64,000 nt of DNA, taken from positions 1 through 64,000 of the forward strand of contig CBDCCS010000004.1 in the NCBI GenBank assembly GCA_965214935.1, given 5' to 3'. The first letter of the stretch is position 1. Each line of letters starts with the position of its first letter. Position numbers and translations under genes: made by a program. Positions 11,086 through 20,794 of this stretch are shown piece by piece. The notes under the pieces were generated by a model. The model made no database searches, was not told where the DNA came from, and saw only the letters and a program-made list of their open reading frames with translations. The DNA is from Candidatus Velthaea sp. (GTDB lineage Bacteria > Vulcanimicrobiota > Vulcanimicrobiia > Vulcanimicrobiales > Vulcanimicrobiaceae).

Positions 11086-12014
11086 GCATCCTCGTTCGCC
11101 GGTTGCCGCCCGGCATACGCTTCGATCGCGGCAAGCAGTTCATCGCCGGCCGTCACGCGCTCGGCCGCGGGACCGAACATCGCGCGCTCTGCGGCCAGTA
11201 TCGCCAGCCGCAATACGCGTTCGCCGTCGCCCAGCGCGCGAAGCGCGTCGACGAGCGTCGCGCCGCGCTTGACCCCGGCCAACTCAAAGAGTGCGCTGCG
11301 AATGTCGTCGAGTGCCGCGGCAGTGCGCGTTTGGCGATACGTTTGGGTTGCCAGCTCTAAGCGACGGTCCGCCGGAACCTGCGTTGCCGGGACAATCGTC
11401 ACCGAGCGCATCGGCGCCGGCGGACGCGGTATCGGCGGCCGCTGCTTGCGGCGCCGAACGAATACTGCGCCGAGCACGAAAATCGCAGCAACGAAGCCGA
11501 CCCCGATCGCCGCGGCGAACAGCAGCCGGACGGCAAAGCCTCCGGCGGCCTGCAATCCGCGCTGCAGCGGTGCCGTACCCGTCACGTGAACGCGCGTTGC
11601 GTTGGACGAAAAACGCATCGGCTTGCCGAGCGCCGGATCGAACGCATCGATGTAAGCCGCACTGATCGTCGCTTCGCCCGGCGCCAACGCCTGAAGCGTC
11701 AAGCGTTCGGTAAAATCCGTGCCGTCCGGCGCCGGCGTGCGCACCGTCTCGTTGCTGATGATCTCGCAATTCTCGAACGTTCCGAGGATGAGCTCGTCGA
11801 GCCGCTCGCGTCGTTGCGCGACTTTGACGTGCACGGTCAACACGAAGGTATCGTTCGGTGCAACCGACGCGCGGTCGGCCCGCTGCGAGAGCGCCAGCAC
11901 GTGCAGCGTCGGATACGCTTGCACGCCGGTTACGGGCGTCAGCGCTATCACCAGCGTCGCACCAAGCACGGCGAGGAGCCGCGTCGATCCGGCTAGGCTA
12001 ACGATTCGATCCAC
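11073..12014 (-). CDS. BatD-like membrane protein of the MoxR-vWA module
   Basis: GTG start overlapping the carA end; signal/TM segment, Ig-like beta region (TLQALAPGEATISAA), second TM followed by RRRKQR and a Pro-rich linker; lies directly before moxR. Confidence 0.6.
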   Translation of the reverse strand: MDRIVSLAGSTRLLAVLGATLVIALTPVTGVQAYPTLHVLALSQRADRASVAPNDTFVLTVHVKVAQRRERLDELILGTFENCEIISNETVRTPAPDGTDFTERLTLQALAPGEATISAAYIDAFDPALGKPMRFSSNATRVHVTGTAPLQRGLQAAGGFAVRLLFAAAIGVGFVAAIFVLGAVFVRRRKQRPPIPRPPAPMRSVTIVPATQVPADRRLELATQTYRQTRTAAALDDIRSALFELAGVKRGATLVDALRALGDGERVLRLAILAAERAMFGPAAERVTAGDELLAAIEAYAGRQPANEDAWTR

Positions 12015-13069
12015 TGCGCGAAAAGATAACGAGCGTCGAACGGACCGGGTGAGGCTTCGGGATGAAACTGGACGCCGGTGACAGGCAACGTGCGATGGCG
12101 AAAGCCTTCGTTGGTGCCGTCGTTGAGATTGACGAGCGTCGTCTGAAGCTCGGGCGGCAAGCTCGCACCGTCGACGGCATATCCATGATTGTGGGCCGTA
12201 ACATACACGCCCGGTGCGATCAGGTTTTTTACCGGTTGATTGCCGCCGCGATGGCCGTACTTTAATTTGTACGTTCGCGCTCCGCACGCCAGCGCCAGCA
12301 TCTGATGTCCCAAGCAAACGCCGAACATCGGCAGCTCGCCGATGAACGAACGCAGCGTCGCGATCAGCTCGGGAAGATCTTGCGGATCGCCCGGCCCGGG
12401 CGATATGACGATGCCGTCCGGGCAGTGTGCGTTGATTTCGTCGCGCGTTGCATCGTACGGTAGCACGGTCACGCTCGCATCGAGTGCTTCGAGTTCGCGG
12501 ACGATCGCGCGCTTGACTCCGCAATCGATGAGCACGATATGCTTGCCCTGACGGCGCAACGTTTGGCCGTGAACGAAACCGGCACCGACGGAGGCGACCA
12601 ATCCTTTGGTGGTCGCGCCGCGCGCGTAGCGGGTCAAGGCATCCGCGACACCGGCGATCGCCGCGTCGCCGACGGCCAGCGCCGCACCGATCGTGCCGTG
12701 TTCGCGCAACGCAATCGTCAGGCTGCGCGTATCGATCCCGACGATGGTCGGCACCGCTTGATCGTCGAGCCAGTCGCCGAGACTAATTCGGCTGGCATGA
12801 TGCGATGGGTGACGCGCAAGCTGTTTGATCGCAGCACCGGCGACGCAGGCGCGCGGATACTGCGCGACGTCGTACGAAATACCGTAATTGCCGATCATCG
12901 GATAAGTAAAATTTAAAATCTGGCCGGCATAAGACGGATCGGTCAGAGCTTCTTCATAGCCCGTCATTCCGGTATAGAACACCGCTTCGCCCAAGCCCGT
13001 TCCTTGCGTGCCGAGTCCGCTTCCCTCGAACCGCGTGCCGTCCGCGAGCAACAGCACGGCGCGGTTCAC
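11993..13069 (-). CDS. carA: Carbamoyl-phosphate synthase small subunit
   Basis: TGYEEALTDPSYAGQI, SPGPGDP, GVCLGHQ, GHRGGNQPV, VQFHPEASPGP. Confidence 0.97.
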   Translation of the reverse strand: MNRAVLLLADGTRFEGSGLGTQGTGLGEAVFYTGMTGYEEALTDPSYAGQILNFTYPMIGNYGISYDVAQYPRACVAGAAIKQLARHPSHHASRISLGDWLDDQAVPTIVGIDTRSLTIALREHGTIGAALAVGDAAIAGVADALTRYARGATTKGLVASVGAGFVHGQTLRRQGKHIVLIDCGVKRAIVRELEALDASVTVLPYDATRDEINAHCPDGIVISPGPGDPQDLPELIATLRSFIGELPMFGVCLGHQMLALACGARTYKLKYGHRGGNQPVKNLIAPGVYVTAHNHGYAVDGASLPPELQTTLVNLNDGTNEGFRHRTLPVTGVQFHPEASPGPFDARYLFAQWIESLA

Positions 13070-14376
13070 CGGCCTGCCTCGACGGCAAAATTGTGCTGTC
13101 GCGCCAAAACACGGCCCGACTCAAAGACGATTTGACCGTCGACGATGGTCGCAATCGCGCGGCGATTGAGTTCCATGCCCGCGAACGGCGTGTTGCGTCC
13201 GAGCGATTCGAATCGGACCGGATCGACCGTCCACGGGCGCTCGGCAAACACCGTGATGTCGGCCGGCATTCCGACCGCCAGCGAACCGCCCCGAACGCCG
13301 AGAATGCGTGCCGGATTCGTCGAGAGCAACGCGACGAACCGGCTCAACGCCAGATCCGGCAACGCTGCGGCATATGCGCCGAGCGCAATCTCGAGCGCGC
13401 TGAAACCAACCGGTGCAACGCTAAGCAATTGCGCCTTTTCGTCGGCGCCGTGCGGCGCATGATCGGTCGCAAAGACATCGATCGTGCCGTCACGTACGGC
13501 AGCAACGAGCGCGCTCCGATCGTGCGCCGCGCGCAGCGGCGGGTTGACTTTTGCGTCAGCGCGATAATCCTCGAAACGGTCGTCGGTAAAGCACAAGTGG
13601 TGCGGCGTCACTTCACAGCTAACGCGTACGCCGCGGCTGCGCGCCCAGCGAATGAGATCGAGCGACCGCGCCGTCGAAACATGCGCGATGTGCCAGTGTT
13701 TAGCGGTGTCTTCGGCGATGAGGAGATCTCGCGCAACGATGACGTCTTCGGCTAAACCCGGGCTGCCGCTCAAACCCAAGCGAGCCGAATGGCGGCCTTC
13801 GTTCATGACCGCATCGCCTTTGAGTTCGGCGTCTTCACAGTGCGAGATGAACGGCGCGTCAAGATCGCTTGCGTATGCGGCGGCATTGCGCAACACGCGG
13901 GCACTGGCAACGGTCGCACCATCGTCGCTAAATGCGACGCAACCCGCATCGTGCAACAGATGATACGGCGCTAATTCGGTTCCGGCGCGCGCGCGCGTGA
14001 TCGCGCCGATCGGATAAACGCGCGCGTACCCGGCGGCCTCTGCACGGCGCAGCACGTCGGCGACGATCGTCGGCGAATCGAGCGCCGGTTCGGTATTGGG
14101 CATGCACGCAACTGCCGTGAAACCGCCGGCGACCGCAGCCGCCGTGCCGGTCGCAATGGTCTCCTTGCGCGTTTGTCCCGGTTCGCGCAAATGAACGTGC
14201 ATGTCGATGAAACCCGGTGCGACCACGGCGCCGGTTGCGTCGACGACTCGCACATCGCCGACGTCGATGTGCTCGCCGATGAGCGCGATTCGGCCGTTCT
14301 CGATGAGGATGTCGCGCCGGGCGTCCAGTTGCTGAAGCGGATCGATGACCCGGCCGCCGCGAACGAGCACGGTCAT
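13066..14376 (-). CDS. pyrC: Dihydroorotase
   Basis: PGFIDMHVHLREPG, CEVTPHHL, KVNPPLR, ATDHAPH. Confidence 0.96.
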   Translation of the reverse strand: MTVLVRGGRVIDPLQQLDARRDILIENGRIALIGEHIDVGDVRVVDATGAVVAPGFIDMHVHLREPGQTRKETIATGTAAAVAGGFTAVACMPNTEPALDSPTIVADVLRRAEAAGYARVYPIGAITRARAGTELAPYHLLHDAGCVAFSDDGATVASARVLRNAAAYASDLDAPFISHCEDAELKGDAVMNEGRHSARLGLSGSPGLAEDVIVARDLLIAEDTAKHWHIAHVSTARSLDLIRWARSRGVRVSCEVTPHHLCFTDDRFEDYRADAKVNPPLRAAHDRSALVAAVRDGTIDVFATDHAPHGADEKAQLLSVAPVGFSALEIALGAYAAALPDLALSRFVALLSTNPARILGVRGGSLAVGMPADITVFAERPWTVDPVRFESLGRNTPFAGMELNRRAIATIVDGQIVFESGRVLARQHNFAVEAGR

Positions 14377-15284
14377 GCGGCAACCGCGCCGTTGACGAGC
14401 AGATCGAGAACGGCCATACGCACGAAAACACCGTTCCCGACTTGCGCGATGTAGCGCGAGCGCGGATCGTCGAGGACGTCGTCGGTCAACTCGACGCCGC
14501 GATTGTACGGACCGGGATGCAAGATCACGGCGTCCGCTCGCAACAGGTCGAGCCGACGCCGATTGAGCTGATAGTTGCGCGTGTAATCATCGAGCGCCGG
14601 CAGCAATCCCGACGTGATGCGCTCGCGCTGAATGCGCAGCATCATGACCGCATCGAGTTGAGCGAGTATCGCATCGAGGTTGCGTTCGATGCGCACGCCC
14701 GGCGCGGCAAAAGACTGCGGTAGCAGCGTCGGCGGCCCGACGAGCGTGACATCGATGCCCAAGCGCGTCATGCCCAGGATATTGGAGCGCGCAACGCGCG
14801 AATGGAGAATGTCGCCGACAATCGCGACGCGCAAGCCCGCGAAACGGCCGAACTCGTTACGCAAGGTCATCAAATCGAGCAACGCCTGGGTCGGATGTGC
14901 GCGCGGTCCGTCGCCTGCGTTGATGATGTGGCCGTCGAACGCTTCGGCGAGCCGGCGCGGAAAACCGGACTCCGGATGACGCACGACGATGACCCGAACG
15001 CCGATGCCGCTCAGCGTTATCGCCGTGTCCGAGATGGTTTCGCCTTTGCCCAAACTCGATGTACCCGGCGCAAATGAAATGACGTCGGCACCGACGCGCT
15101 GTTCGGCCAGCATGAACGATGTCGCCGTGCGCGTCGACGCCTCGAAAAAAAGATTGAGCACCGGTACACCCGCTAACAAATCGCGGCGTGGCGCGGTATG
15201 TTTGAAAGCCGTCGCTCGATCTAGCAGCGCAACGACCTCGTCTCGCGACAGATCGTCGATATCGAGCAAATTACGCGGAACCAC
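14373..15284 (-). CDS. pyrB: Aspartate carbamoyltransferase catalytic subunit
   Basis: FFEASTRT, INAGDG..HPTQALLD, GDILHSRVARS, HPGPYNRG; GTG start with GAGGA SD. Confidence 0.96.
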   Translation of the reverse strand: MVPRNLLDIDDLSRDEVVALLDRATAFKHTAPRRDLLAGVPVLNLFFEASTRTATSFMLAEQRVGADVISFAPGTSSLGKGETISDTAITLSGIGVRVIVVRHPESGFPRRLAEAFDGHIINAGDGPRAHPTQALLDLMTLRNEFGRFAGLRVAIVGDILHSRVARSNILGMTRLGIDVTLVGPPTLLPQSFAAPGVRIERNLDAILAQLDAVMMLRIQRERITSGLLPALDDYTRNYQLNRRRLDLLRADAVILHPGPYNRGVELTDDVLDDPRSRYIAQVGNGVFVRMAVLDLLVNGAVAA

Positions 15285-15825
15285 GGTCCTCTTCGGCAAG
15301 TGCGACTTCATCGGTCGGCGCGCGACCCGCACCAAGCACGACGTCGATATGCTCGCGCCGGCTCGTTGGAATCGCTTTGCCGACATAATCGGCTTGGACC
15401 GGCAGTTCACGCAAGCCACGATCGATGAGAACGGCTAGCCGAATCGCCGTCGGGCGGCCGAGATCGGTCACGGCGTCGAGTGCAGCCCGCACCGTGCGAC
15501 CGGTGTACAGTACGTCGTCGACGATGACGACGGTTCGGCCGGTGATCTCGACGCGGATCTCCGACTCGGGTAATTCGCGCGCAACGTCATCATCGCGATA
15601 GAGATTGATATTGAGAAAGCCGAGGTCCGGCGGAGCGCCGCGAATCTCGGAAATTTTCGACGACAGCCGGCGCGCCAACGCTTCTCCGCCGCGCCGAATA
15701 CCAATGAGTAACAATCCGGTCTGCGCATCTTCGGGTTCTACGATTTGGTGCGCCATCCGATCGATCACTCGTTCGATCTCTCGCGGAGACATCAGCACGC
15801 GACGGCGTGCGAGCGCGGTGGGCAT
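15271..15825 (-). CDS. pyrR: PyrR, bifunctional pyr regulator / uracil phosphoribosyltransferase
   Basis: GIRRGG, INLYRDD, VDDVLYTGRTVRAALD, DRGLRELPVQADYVGK. Confidence 0.95.
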   Translation of the reverse strand: MPTALARRRVLMSPREIERVIDRMAHQIVEPEDAQTGLLLIGIRRGGEALARRLSSKISEIRGAPPDLGFLNINLYRDDDVARELPESEIRVEITGRTVVIVDDVLYTGRTVRAALDAVTDLGRPTAIRLAVLIDRGLRELPVQADYVGKAIPTSRREHIDVVLGAGRAPTDEVALAEEDRGSA

Positions 15826-15914
15826 CGGTCTTCGCTTCGCGCCGCCGGTGCGACGGCCTTTGCGTCGGTCGGCGGTTCGATTCGGCTCCTTGCGCCGGCG
15901 ACCGAAGCGCGTTG

Positions 15915-18515
15915 CTACAGCGCCGCTAGCAACGCTTGCGTGCGTGCGAGATTGTGTTGGTAATCGCCGAGTTTCGCACGTTCGGCAGCGACCTTGTCGG
16001 GCGGTGCTTTGGCGATGAAATCGCCGTCAAGTTTCCGTTCGAGGCGTTCGACCTCAGCTTCAAGCTTGGCAATTTGCCGCACGTAACGCTCGCGCAGGAC
16101 GGCCGGATCGGCGAGGACATCGATTTGGCCGAGCAACGCCTGCGCCGATCCGTCGCTCGCTAACGCCGGATCGACATCGATCTCCGCGCGCACGAATGCG
16201 ACGTACAGCGCACCGAGTTCAGCCGGCAACGGTGCCGAGCGTAAGCGCACCTTTTCGTTCGGCTTGAGCTCGAGTTGCACTTTCGTGTTGCGGATACGTT
16301 CGACCGAGGCGATGAACGCTTCGTACAGTTCGGCCTCGGCGGGAAAGCGCGGGATCTCGGCCGGATCGGGCCACGAAGCGGTAACGATCGTTTGCCCGTC
16401 GTGCGGCAGCAACTGCCAGACTTCTTCGGTAATGAACGGTTCGATCGGGTGAAGCGCGCGCATCAAGGTGTTGAGCACGAACGAAAGCACGGCCCCCCGC
16501 GTCGCTCGCTGCGCCTCGATTTTCGTCGACTCGAGATACCAATCGCAAAATTTATACCAGCTGAAATCGTGCAGCACGTTGGCCGCCGTCCCAATCGCAA
16601 ACGTGTCGAGGGCATGCGTGACGTCGGTGATGCACGTGTTGAGTTCGGTAAGAATCCAGCGATCGGCCAGCGTCAGCCGCTCGCGCGGCGGCAGAACCGC
16701 GGCGCGCGGCAACCCTTCGGGCAGCGAGCGGACGTACTTCAGCGCGTTCCACAGCTTCTGATTGAAGCGCTTGGCTTGGTCGCAAACTCGCTCGTCGAAC
16801 CGCAGCTCTTGCGATTCCAAGCGCATCTGCATCATCGTGCCCAAGCGAAAGCCGTCGGCGCCGTAGCGCGCGATCATCTCGAGCGGGTCGATCGCATTGC
16901 CGAGTGATTTGCTCATCTTCCGACCGTTGATATCGAACACCAGCGGCGTGATGAATACGATGCCGAACGGAATGCCGCCGGCAAAACGTAAGCCGAGCAT
17001 CACCATGCGCGCGACCCACAAAAAGATGATCTCGCGCCCGGTAATCATCACGGCATTCGGATACCAGTGTTGCAATTCGGGCGTCGCGTCGGGCCAGCCT
17101 AAAATCGAGAACGGCCAGAGCCCGCTCGAAAACCACGTGTCGAGCGTATCGGGGTCGCGGCGCAGCTCGACCGTGCCGAAACGCTCGCGTGCAATGCGCT
17201 CCGCTTCGGCTTGCGAGAGCGCAACGACGACGTCGTCGTCCGGCGTATACCAGACCGGTAGTTGATGGCCCCACCAAACTTGACGCGAGACGTTCCAATC
17301 GCGAATGTTTTCAAGCCACTGCTCGTACGTGCGGCCGAATCGCTCGGGCACAAACCGCAATTTTCCCGACCGGTACGCGTCGAGCGCCGGGCGTGCAAGT
17401 TCGTCCATTTTGCAAAACCACTGTAGCGACAGGAGCGGCTCGACCACTTCACCGGTCCGCGAAGAGACCGGGACGTTGGTCGTATACGGCTCTTCACGCA
17501 CGAGATCGCCGCTCGCGGCAAGATCGCGCGCGACCATCGCTCGCGCCGCAAAGCGCTCGACACCTGCGTAAGCCGCCGGAACATCGCCGGTCAGCCGGCC
17601 ATCGAAGCCGATCACGGTCGGCATTGCAAGATCGTGACGCAGACCGATGTCATAATCGGTTGCGTCGTGCGCGGGCGTCACTTTGACGGCACCCGTTCCG
17701 AAGGCCGGATCGACGGCGGAATCGCCGACGATCGGGATCAAGCGATCCGTGAGCGGCAATCGGACGCTGCTGCCGATGAGCTGTGCGTAACGCGCATCGT
17801 GCGGATGGACCGCGACCGCAACGTCGGCAAACATCGTTTCCGGCCGCGTCGTGGCGATGACGACACCTTCGCCGCCGTCCGCCGAGCGGTACCGGACGTG
17901 CCACAAGAACGTCGACCGCAGTTCGCTTTCGACTTCGGCGTCCGAAAGCGTCGATTGCGCTTTCGGATCCCAGTTGACGAGTCGCGTGCCGCGGTAGATC
18001 AAGCCGTCGTTATAGAGGTCGACGAACACGCGGACGACGGCGGCCGAGAGCCCCGCATCGAGCGTAAAGCGTCCGCGCTCCCAGTCGGCGCCGAAACCGA
18101 GTGCCTTGAACTGCTCGTAGATCCGGCCGCCGTACTGTTCGCGCCATTCCCAAACGCGGTCGATAAAGGCGGCGCGTCCGAGTCCGTCGCGCGTTAGCCC
18201 GGATTTGGCAAGCTCGCGGATCACGACGGACTCCGTGGCGATTGCCGCGTGATCTTGCCCGGGAATCCAGTCGGCGTTTTCACCTAACATCCGATGGTAG
18301 CGCGTCAAAACATCCATCGGCGTGTAGGTCGAACCGTGCCCGATGTGCGCCGGCCCGGTGATGTTCGGCGGCGGCATTGAAATAACGAACGCAGGTCGCG
18401 CGGGATCGGGCTCTTCGTGGAAGACGCGCGCCGCAGTCCACTGCGCATATCGCCGCGGCTCGACCTCCGCAAAGTCATAATCTTTGGCGAGCGGTGAATA
18501 CGGCGCGTCGGTCAC
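15915..18515 (-). CDS. valS: Valine--tRNA ligase
   Basis: PPPNITG..HIGH, DWNVSRQVWWGH, DTWFSSGLWPF, KMSKS, C-terminal coiled-coil arm. Confidence 0.97.
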   Translation of the reverse strand: MTDAPYSPLAKDYDFAEVEPRRYAQWTAARVFHEEPDPARPAFVISMPPPNITGPAHIGHGSTYTPMDVLTRYHRMLGENADWIPGQDHAAIATESVVIRELAKSGLTRDGLGRAAFIDRVWEWREQYGGRIYEQFKALGFGADWERGRFTLDAGLSAAVVRVFVDLYNDGLIYRGTRLVNWDPKAQSTLSDAEVESELRSTFLWHVRYRSADGGEGVVIATTRPETMFADVAVAVHPHDARYAQLIGSSVRLPLTDRLIPIVGDSAVDPAFGTGAVKVTPAHDATDYDIGLRHDLAMPTVIGFDGRLTGDVPAAYAGVERFAARAMVARDLAASGDLVREEPYTTNVPVSSRTGEVVEPLLSLQWFCKMDELARPALDAYRSGKLRFVPERFGRTYEQWLENIRDWNVSRQVWWGHQLPVWYTPDDDVVVALSQAEAERIARERFGTVELRRDPDTLDTWFSSGLWPFSILGWPDATPELQHWYPNAVMITGREIIFLWVARMVMLGLRFAGGIPFGIVFITPLVFDINGRKMSKSLGNAIDPLEMIARYGADGFRLGTMMQMRLESQELRFDERVCDQAKRFNQKLWNALKYVRSLPEGLPRAAVLPPRERLTLADRWILTELNTCITDVTHALDTFAIGTAANVLHDFSWYKFCDWYLESTKIEAQRATRGAVLSFVLNTLMRALHPIEPFITEEVWQLLPHDGQTIVTASWPDPAEIPRFPAEAELYEAFIASVERIRNTKVQLELKPNEKVRLRSAPLPAELGALYVAFVRAEIDVDPALASDGSAQALLGQIDVLADPAVLRERYVRQIAKLEAEVERLERKLDGDFIAKAPPDKVAAERAKLGDYQHNLARTQALLAAL

Positions 18516-18545
18516 GCGGTTCTCTCTACCCGTCGGGCGCGACGA

Positions 18546-19043
18546 TCACCTCGATGCGTCGTTGCGCAAATCTTCCCAAACCGACGGCACCGTGCAGACG
18601 CTCGCGATTTCCGGCGCGGCGATAGCGATGGCGCGCGTAACGGCCGCGCGGCCGGTCCCATCGGCGGTCGCCGCGCGCACGTAGACGACGTCGTCTTCTA
18701 TTCGGTCGAGCGTAAAGGCAGCCGTCGCACCAAGCGTCGAGGCAACGGCATCGAGTGCGCGTTCGACGCGACGGGCCAGCGGTTGCGGATGCAAGTCGTG
18801 AACGACGAGCAAACCGCCCACGAGCGTATCATCGGCGATCGTTTGTAAGATAGCCGGTCCGCCCGGCGCGGCCTCGACGACGGCGAGGATGCGGGTCAGC
18901 GCGTCACCATACAAGTCGGTCAACAGCATGACGAGTGCTTCGCTGACCGGACCGTCGATGAGTCCCGCAATCCGTACCGCCACCACCGACAAGTCGGTGG
19001 ACCGCGGCGCAGTCGGACGGTCCGCTCGAGCATCGGAATCCAT
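18546..19043 (-). CDS. NifU/Nfu-like protein lacking the CxxC motif
   Basis: DDTLVGGLLVVHDLHP..LARRVERALD..V and AIAIAAPEI resemble the extended Nfu proteins of hydrogenase clusters; no CxxC present. Confidence 0.6.
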   Translation of the reverse strand: MDSDARADRPTAPRSTDLSVVAVRIAGLIDGPVSEALVMLLTDLYGDALTRILAVVEAAPGGPAILQTIADDTLVGGLLVVHDLHPQPLARRVERALDAVASTLGATAAFTLDRIEDDVVYVRAATADGTGRAAVTRAIAIAAPEIASVCTVPSVWEDLRNDASR

Positions 19044-19168
19044 CGCAGGTCGCCGGCGGCGCGGCCGGAGCGGAGCCAATAGCATGATCGGGCGTCCTTA
19101 ACGGCAGCAGCGCGGGCCCTTAACGATACGCCGCAGCGCAACCGCCGCAAAGAGATGTTACCGGAGTT

Positions 19169-19645
19169 TTACATTCCGGGCAGCTGCGGTAATTTCACTT
19201 TGCCCGATGAGAGAAGCAAGACTAAACCTGCGAGCGATAAGCCGATCGGTGCAATGTCGGTCCGCGCTTCGGAACGATCGAAATCCGTCAATTGCTTCTC
19301 ACGCGCGGCCAGACCGAGCAGATAGATCGCCGCGAGTGCCCCATCGCGTGCAAGTTCTCCCGTGGCCCGCTTTCCGGCAACCGTCGTACCGGGCAGGCCG
19401 ATGGTGTCGAGCAGGGTTAACGCAAAGCCGGCCAGAGAAGCGGTCAAGCCGATTTTGAGCGAGTCGACCGCCCGTCGCGCGTAGGCCCGAGCATCGGCCG
19501 GGTTGTCGGCAAATAACGCACCGACATCGGCCAAAACGCTGGCCGTGAGCGCGGCAGCCGGGACAGCCGTCAAGACCGCCGCAATGTCGGACTCGGGCCG
19601 AGCCGGACGGAGCGCTTGCAGGGGGACAAGCAAATCATCGTTCAT
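19169..19645 (-). CDS. Membrane protein, DUF2231-like (degenerate)
   Basis: Four hydrophobic segments with a VP...ASVLAD / GL...LD...P / LSLAGL...SG pattern; no His residues. Confidence 0.5.
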   Translation of the reverse strand: MNDDLLVPLQALRPARPESDIAAVLTAVPAAALTASVLADVGALFADNPADARAYARRAVDSLKIGLTASLAGFALTLLDTIGLPGTTVAGKRATGELARDGALAAIYLLGLAAREKQLTDFDRSEARTDIAPIGLSLAGLVLLLSSGKVKLPQLPGM

Positions 19646-19690
19646 GCCCCTCCGTACTCCGCGAGCGGCCAACAATCCGGTCGCTCTGCT

Positions 19691-19900
19691 CTAATGCTCG
19701 GAGTCGGCCGTCTCGGCGAGGCTCCCGCCGGCGCCGTAAGACGAGGGAACGGCGCCCGTCGTCGCACCGCGGTTGGTCTCGACATCAGTTGGTTCGGCGC
19801 CCGGCGGCGGTTCGGGCTGCTCCGGACCGGCGCCGGCTTGCGCAGCATTCGCCGCGCGTTCGGATGGAACGTTCTTACTCATGCTTGGGCTTGTCGTCAT
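19691..19900 (-). CDS. Small hydrophilic, probably disordered protein
   Basis: 69-aa Pro/Ala/Glu-rich ORF, co-directional with its neighbours. Confidence 0.45.
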   Translation of the reverse strand: MTTSPSMSKNVPSERAANAAQAGAGPEQPEPPPGAEPTDVETNRGATTGAVPSSYGAGGSLAETADSEH

Positions 19901-19972
19901 CCGAGCCGCAGCTCAAACAGCGCCGGACGCGGCGCGCGGTTCGATCCGGCTCGAAAACGGTAAGACGGAAAC

Positions 19973-20086
19973 ATGGGATTTATTTGGGGCATCGTCCGGA
20001 CCGTCTTCTTATTCTTTGCCGTCGTTATTGCCGCACTCGTGGTGATCGACGGCTCATTGCTGACGAATTTATTCAAGAAAGAGTAG
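19973..20086 (+). CDS. 37-aa single-pass membrane microprotein
   Basis: ATG...TAG reads MGFIWGIVRTVFLFFAVVIAALVVIDGSLLTNLFKKE; purine-rich upstream (GACGGAAAC); its stop abuts the yqeG stop. Confidence 0.65.
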   Translation: MGFIWGIVRTVFLFFAVVIAALVVIDGSLLTNLFKKE

Positions 20087-20572
20087 CTAAGCGCGCGGCA
20101 AGCGGGCGAAGAACACGCGCTCCATCAACCGCAAGACCCGAGTGAGCGGGAAATCGGTGGCGACGAGCGGGTGCGTGAGAATCGCATGCAGACCTAACAC
20201 TTTGGCACCGAGTATATCGGTGAAAAGCTGATCGCCGATCACGAGCGTGCGAGCCCGCGGTGTGCCGAGGTAGCGAAGCGCAAGCAAGAAGCCCTGCGGC
20301 AGCGGTTTGAGGGCATTCGGAACGGCCGGAACATCAAGTTGCGCGCTGATTGCAGCGACTCGTTCGCTAAAATTATTCGAGACCAGCGCGAGCCGGAAAC
20401 CGCGCGCTTTCGCAGCCGAAATCCAGTCGCTCACACCGGGGGCGAGCGTGGGCTGGCGATAGGCACATACGGTGTTGTCGAGGTCGACGATGAGGCCGCG
20501 ATAGCCACGCAGCCACAATTCTTCGAGCGGCACGTCGGGAAGCGTGTCGTATTCATGGTCCGGACCAAACAT
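20087..20572 (-). CDS. yqeG: YqeG-family HAD IIIA phosphatase
   Basis: DLDNT, VSNN, ALKP, IGDQLFTDILGA; GGAGGG SD. Confidence 0.92.
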   Translation of the reverse strand: MFGPDHEYDTLPDVPLEELWLRGYRGLIVDLDNTVCAYRQPTLAPGVSDWISAAKARGFRLALVSNNFSERVAAISAQLDVPAVPNALKPLPQGFLLALRYLGTPRARTLVIGDQLFTDILGAKVLGLHAILTHPLVATDFPLTRVLRLMERVFFARLPRA

Positions 20573-20725
20573 TGCCCTCCAGTTGTCGGAAGATTTCCAC
20601 GCTTTCCCCCATCTCGTCCACAACTCGCCCACGACCGTGGCCGCGGGCCGGCCGCAATGCGGGTGGTTATACACCGCATTCTGCGCTTCTCCACCGGACG
20701 AGACCCGATGTTTGCAAGGAGCTCG

Positions 20726-20773
20726 ACACGATATCTTGTATCCTCAGCGGCGCTAAGGTACAATATCTAGTAC
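20726..20773 (+). promoter_or_regulatory. Tandem NrdR boxes overlapping a sigma70 promoter of nrdJ
   Basis: ACACGATATCTTGTAT (20726-41) and GTACAATATCTAGTAC (20758-73) lie 32 bp apart and fit acaCwAtATaTwGtgt. They cover TTGTAT(20736)-N17-TACAAT(20759). Confidence 0.88.
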
Positions 20774-20794
20774 AGTTAAACGCGAACGAAGACT

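Noticed and set aside
15826..15914. PyrR attenuator upstream of pyrR
   Set aside because: No ARUCCnGnGAGGYU binding loop or U-tract terminator is visible in the 89-nt valS-pyrR gap.
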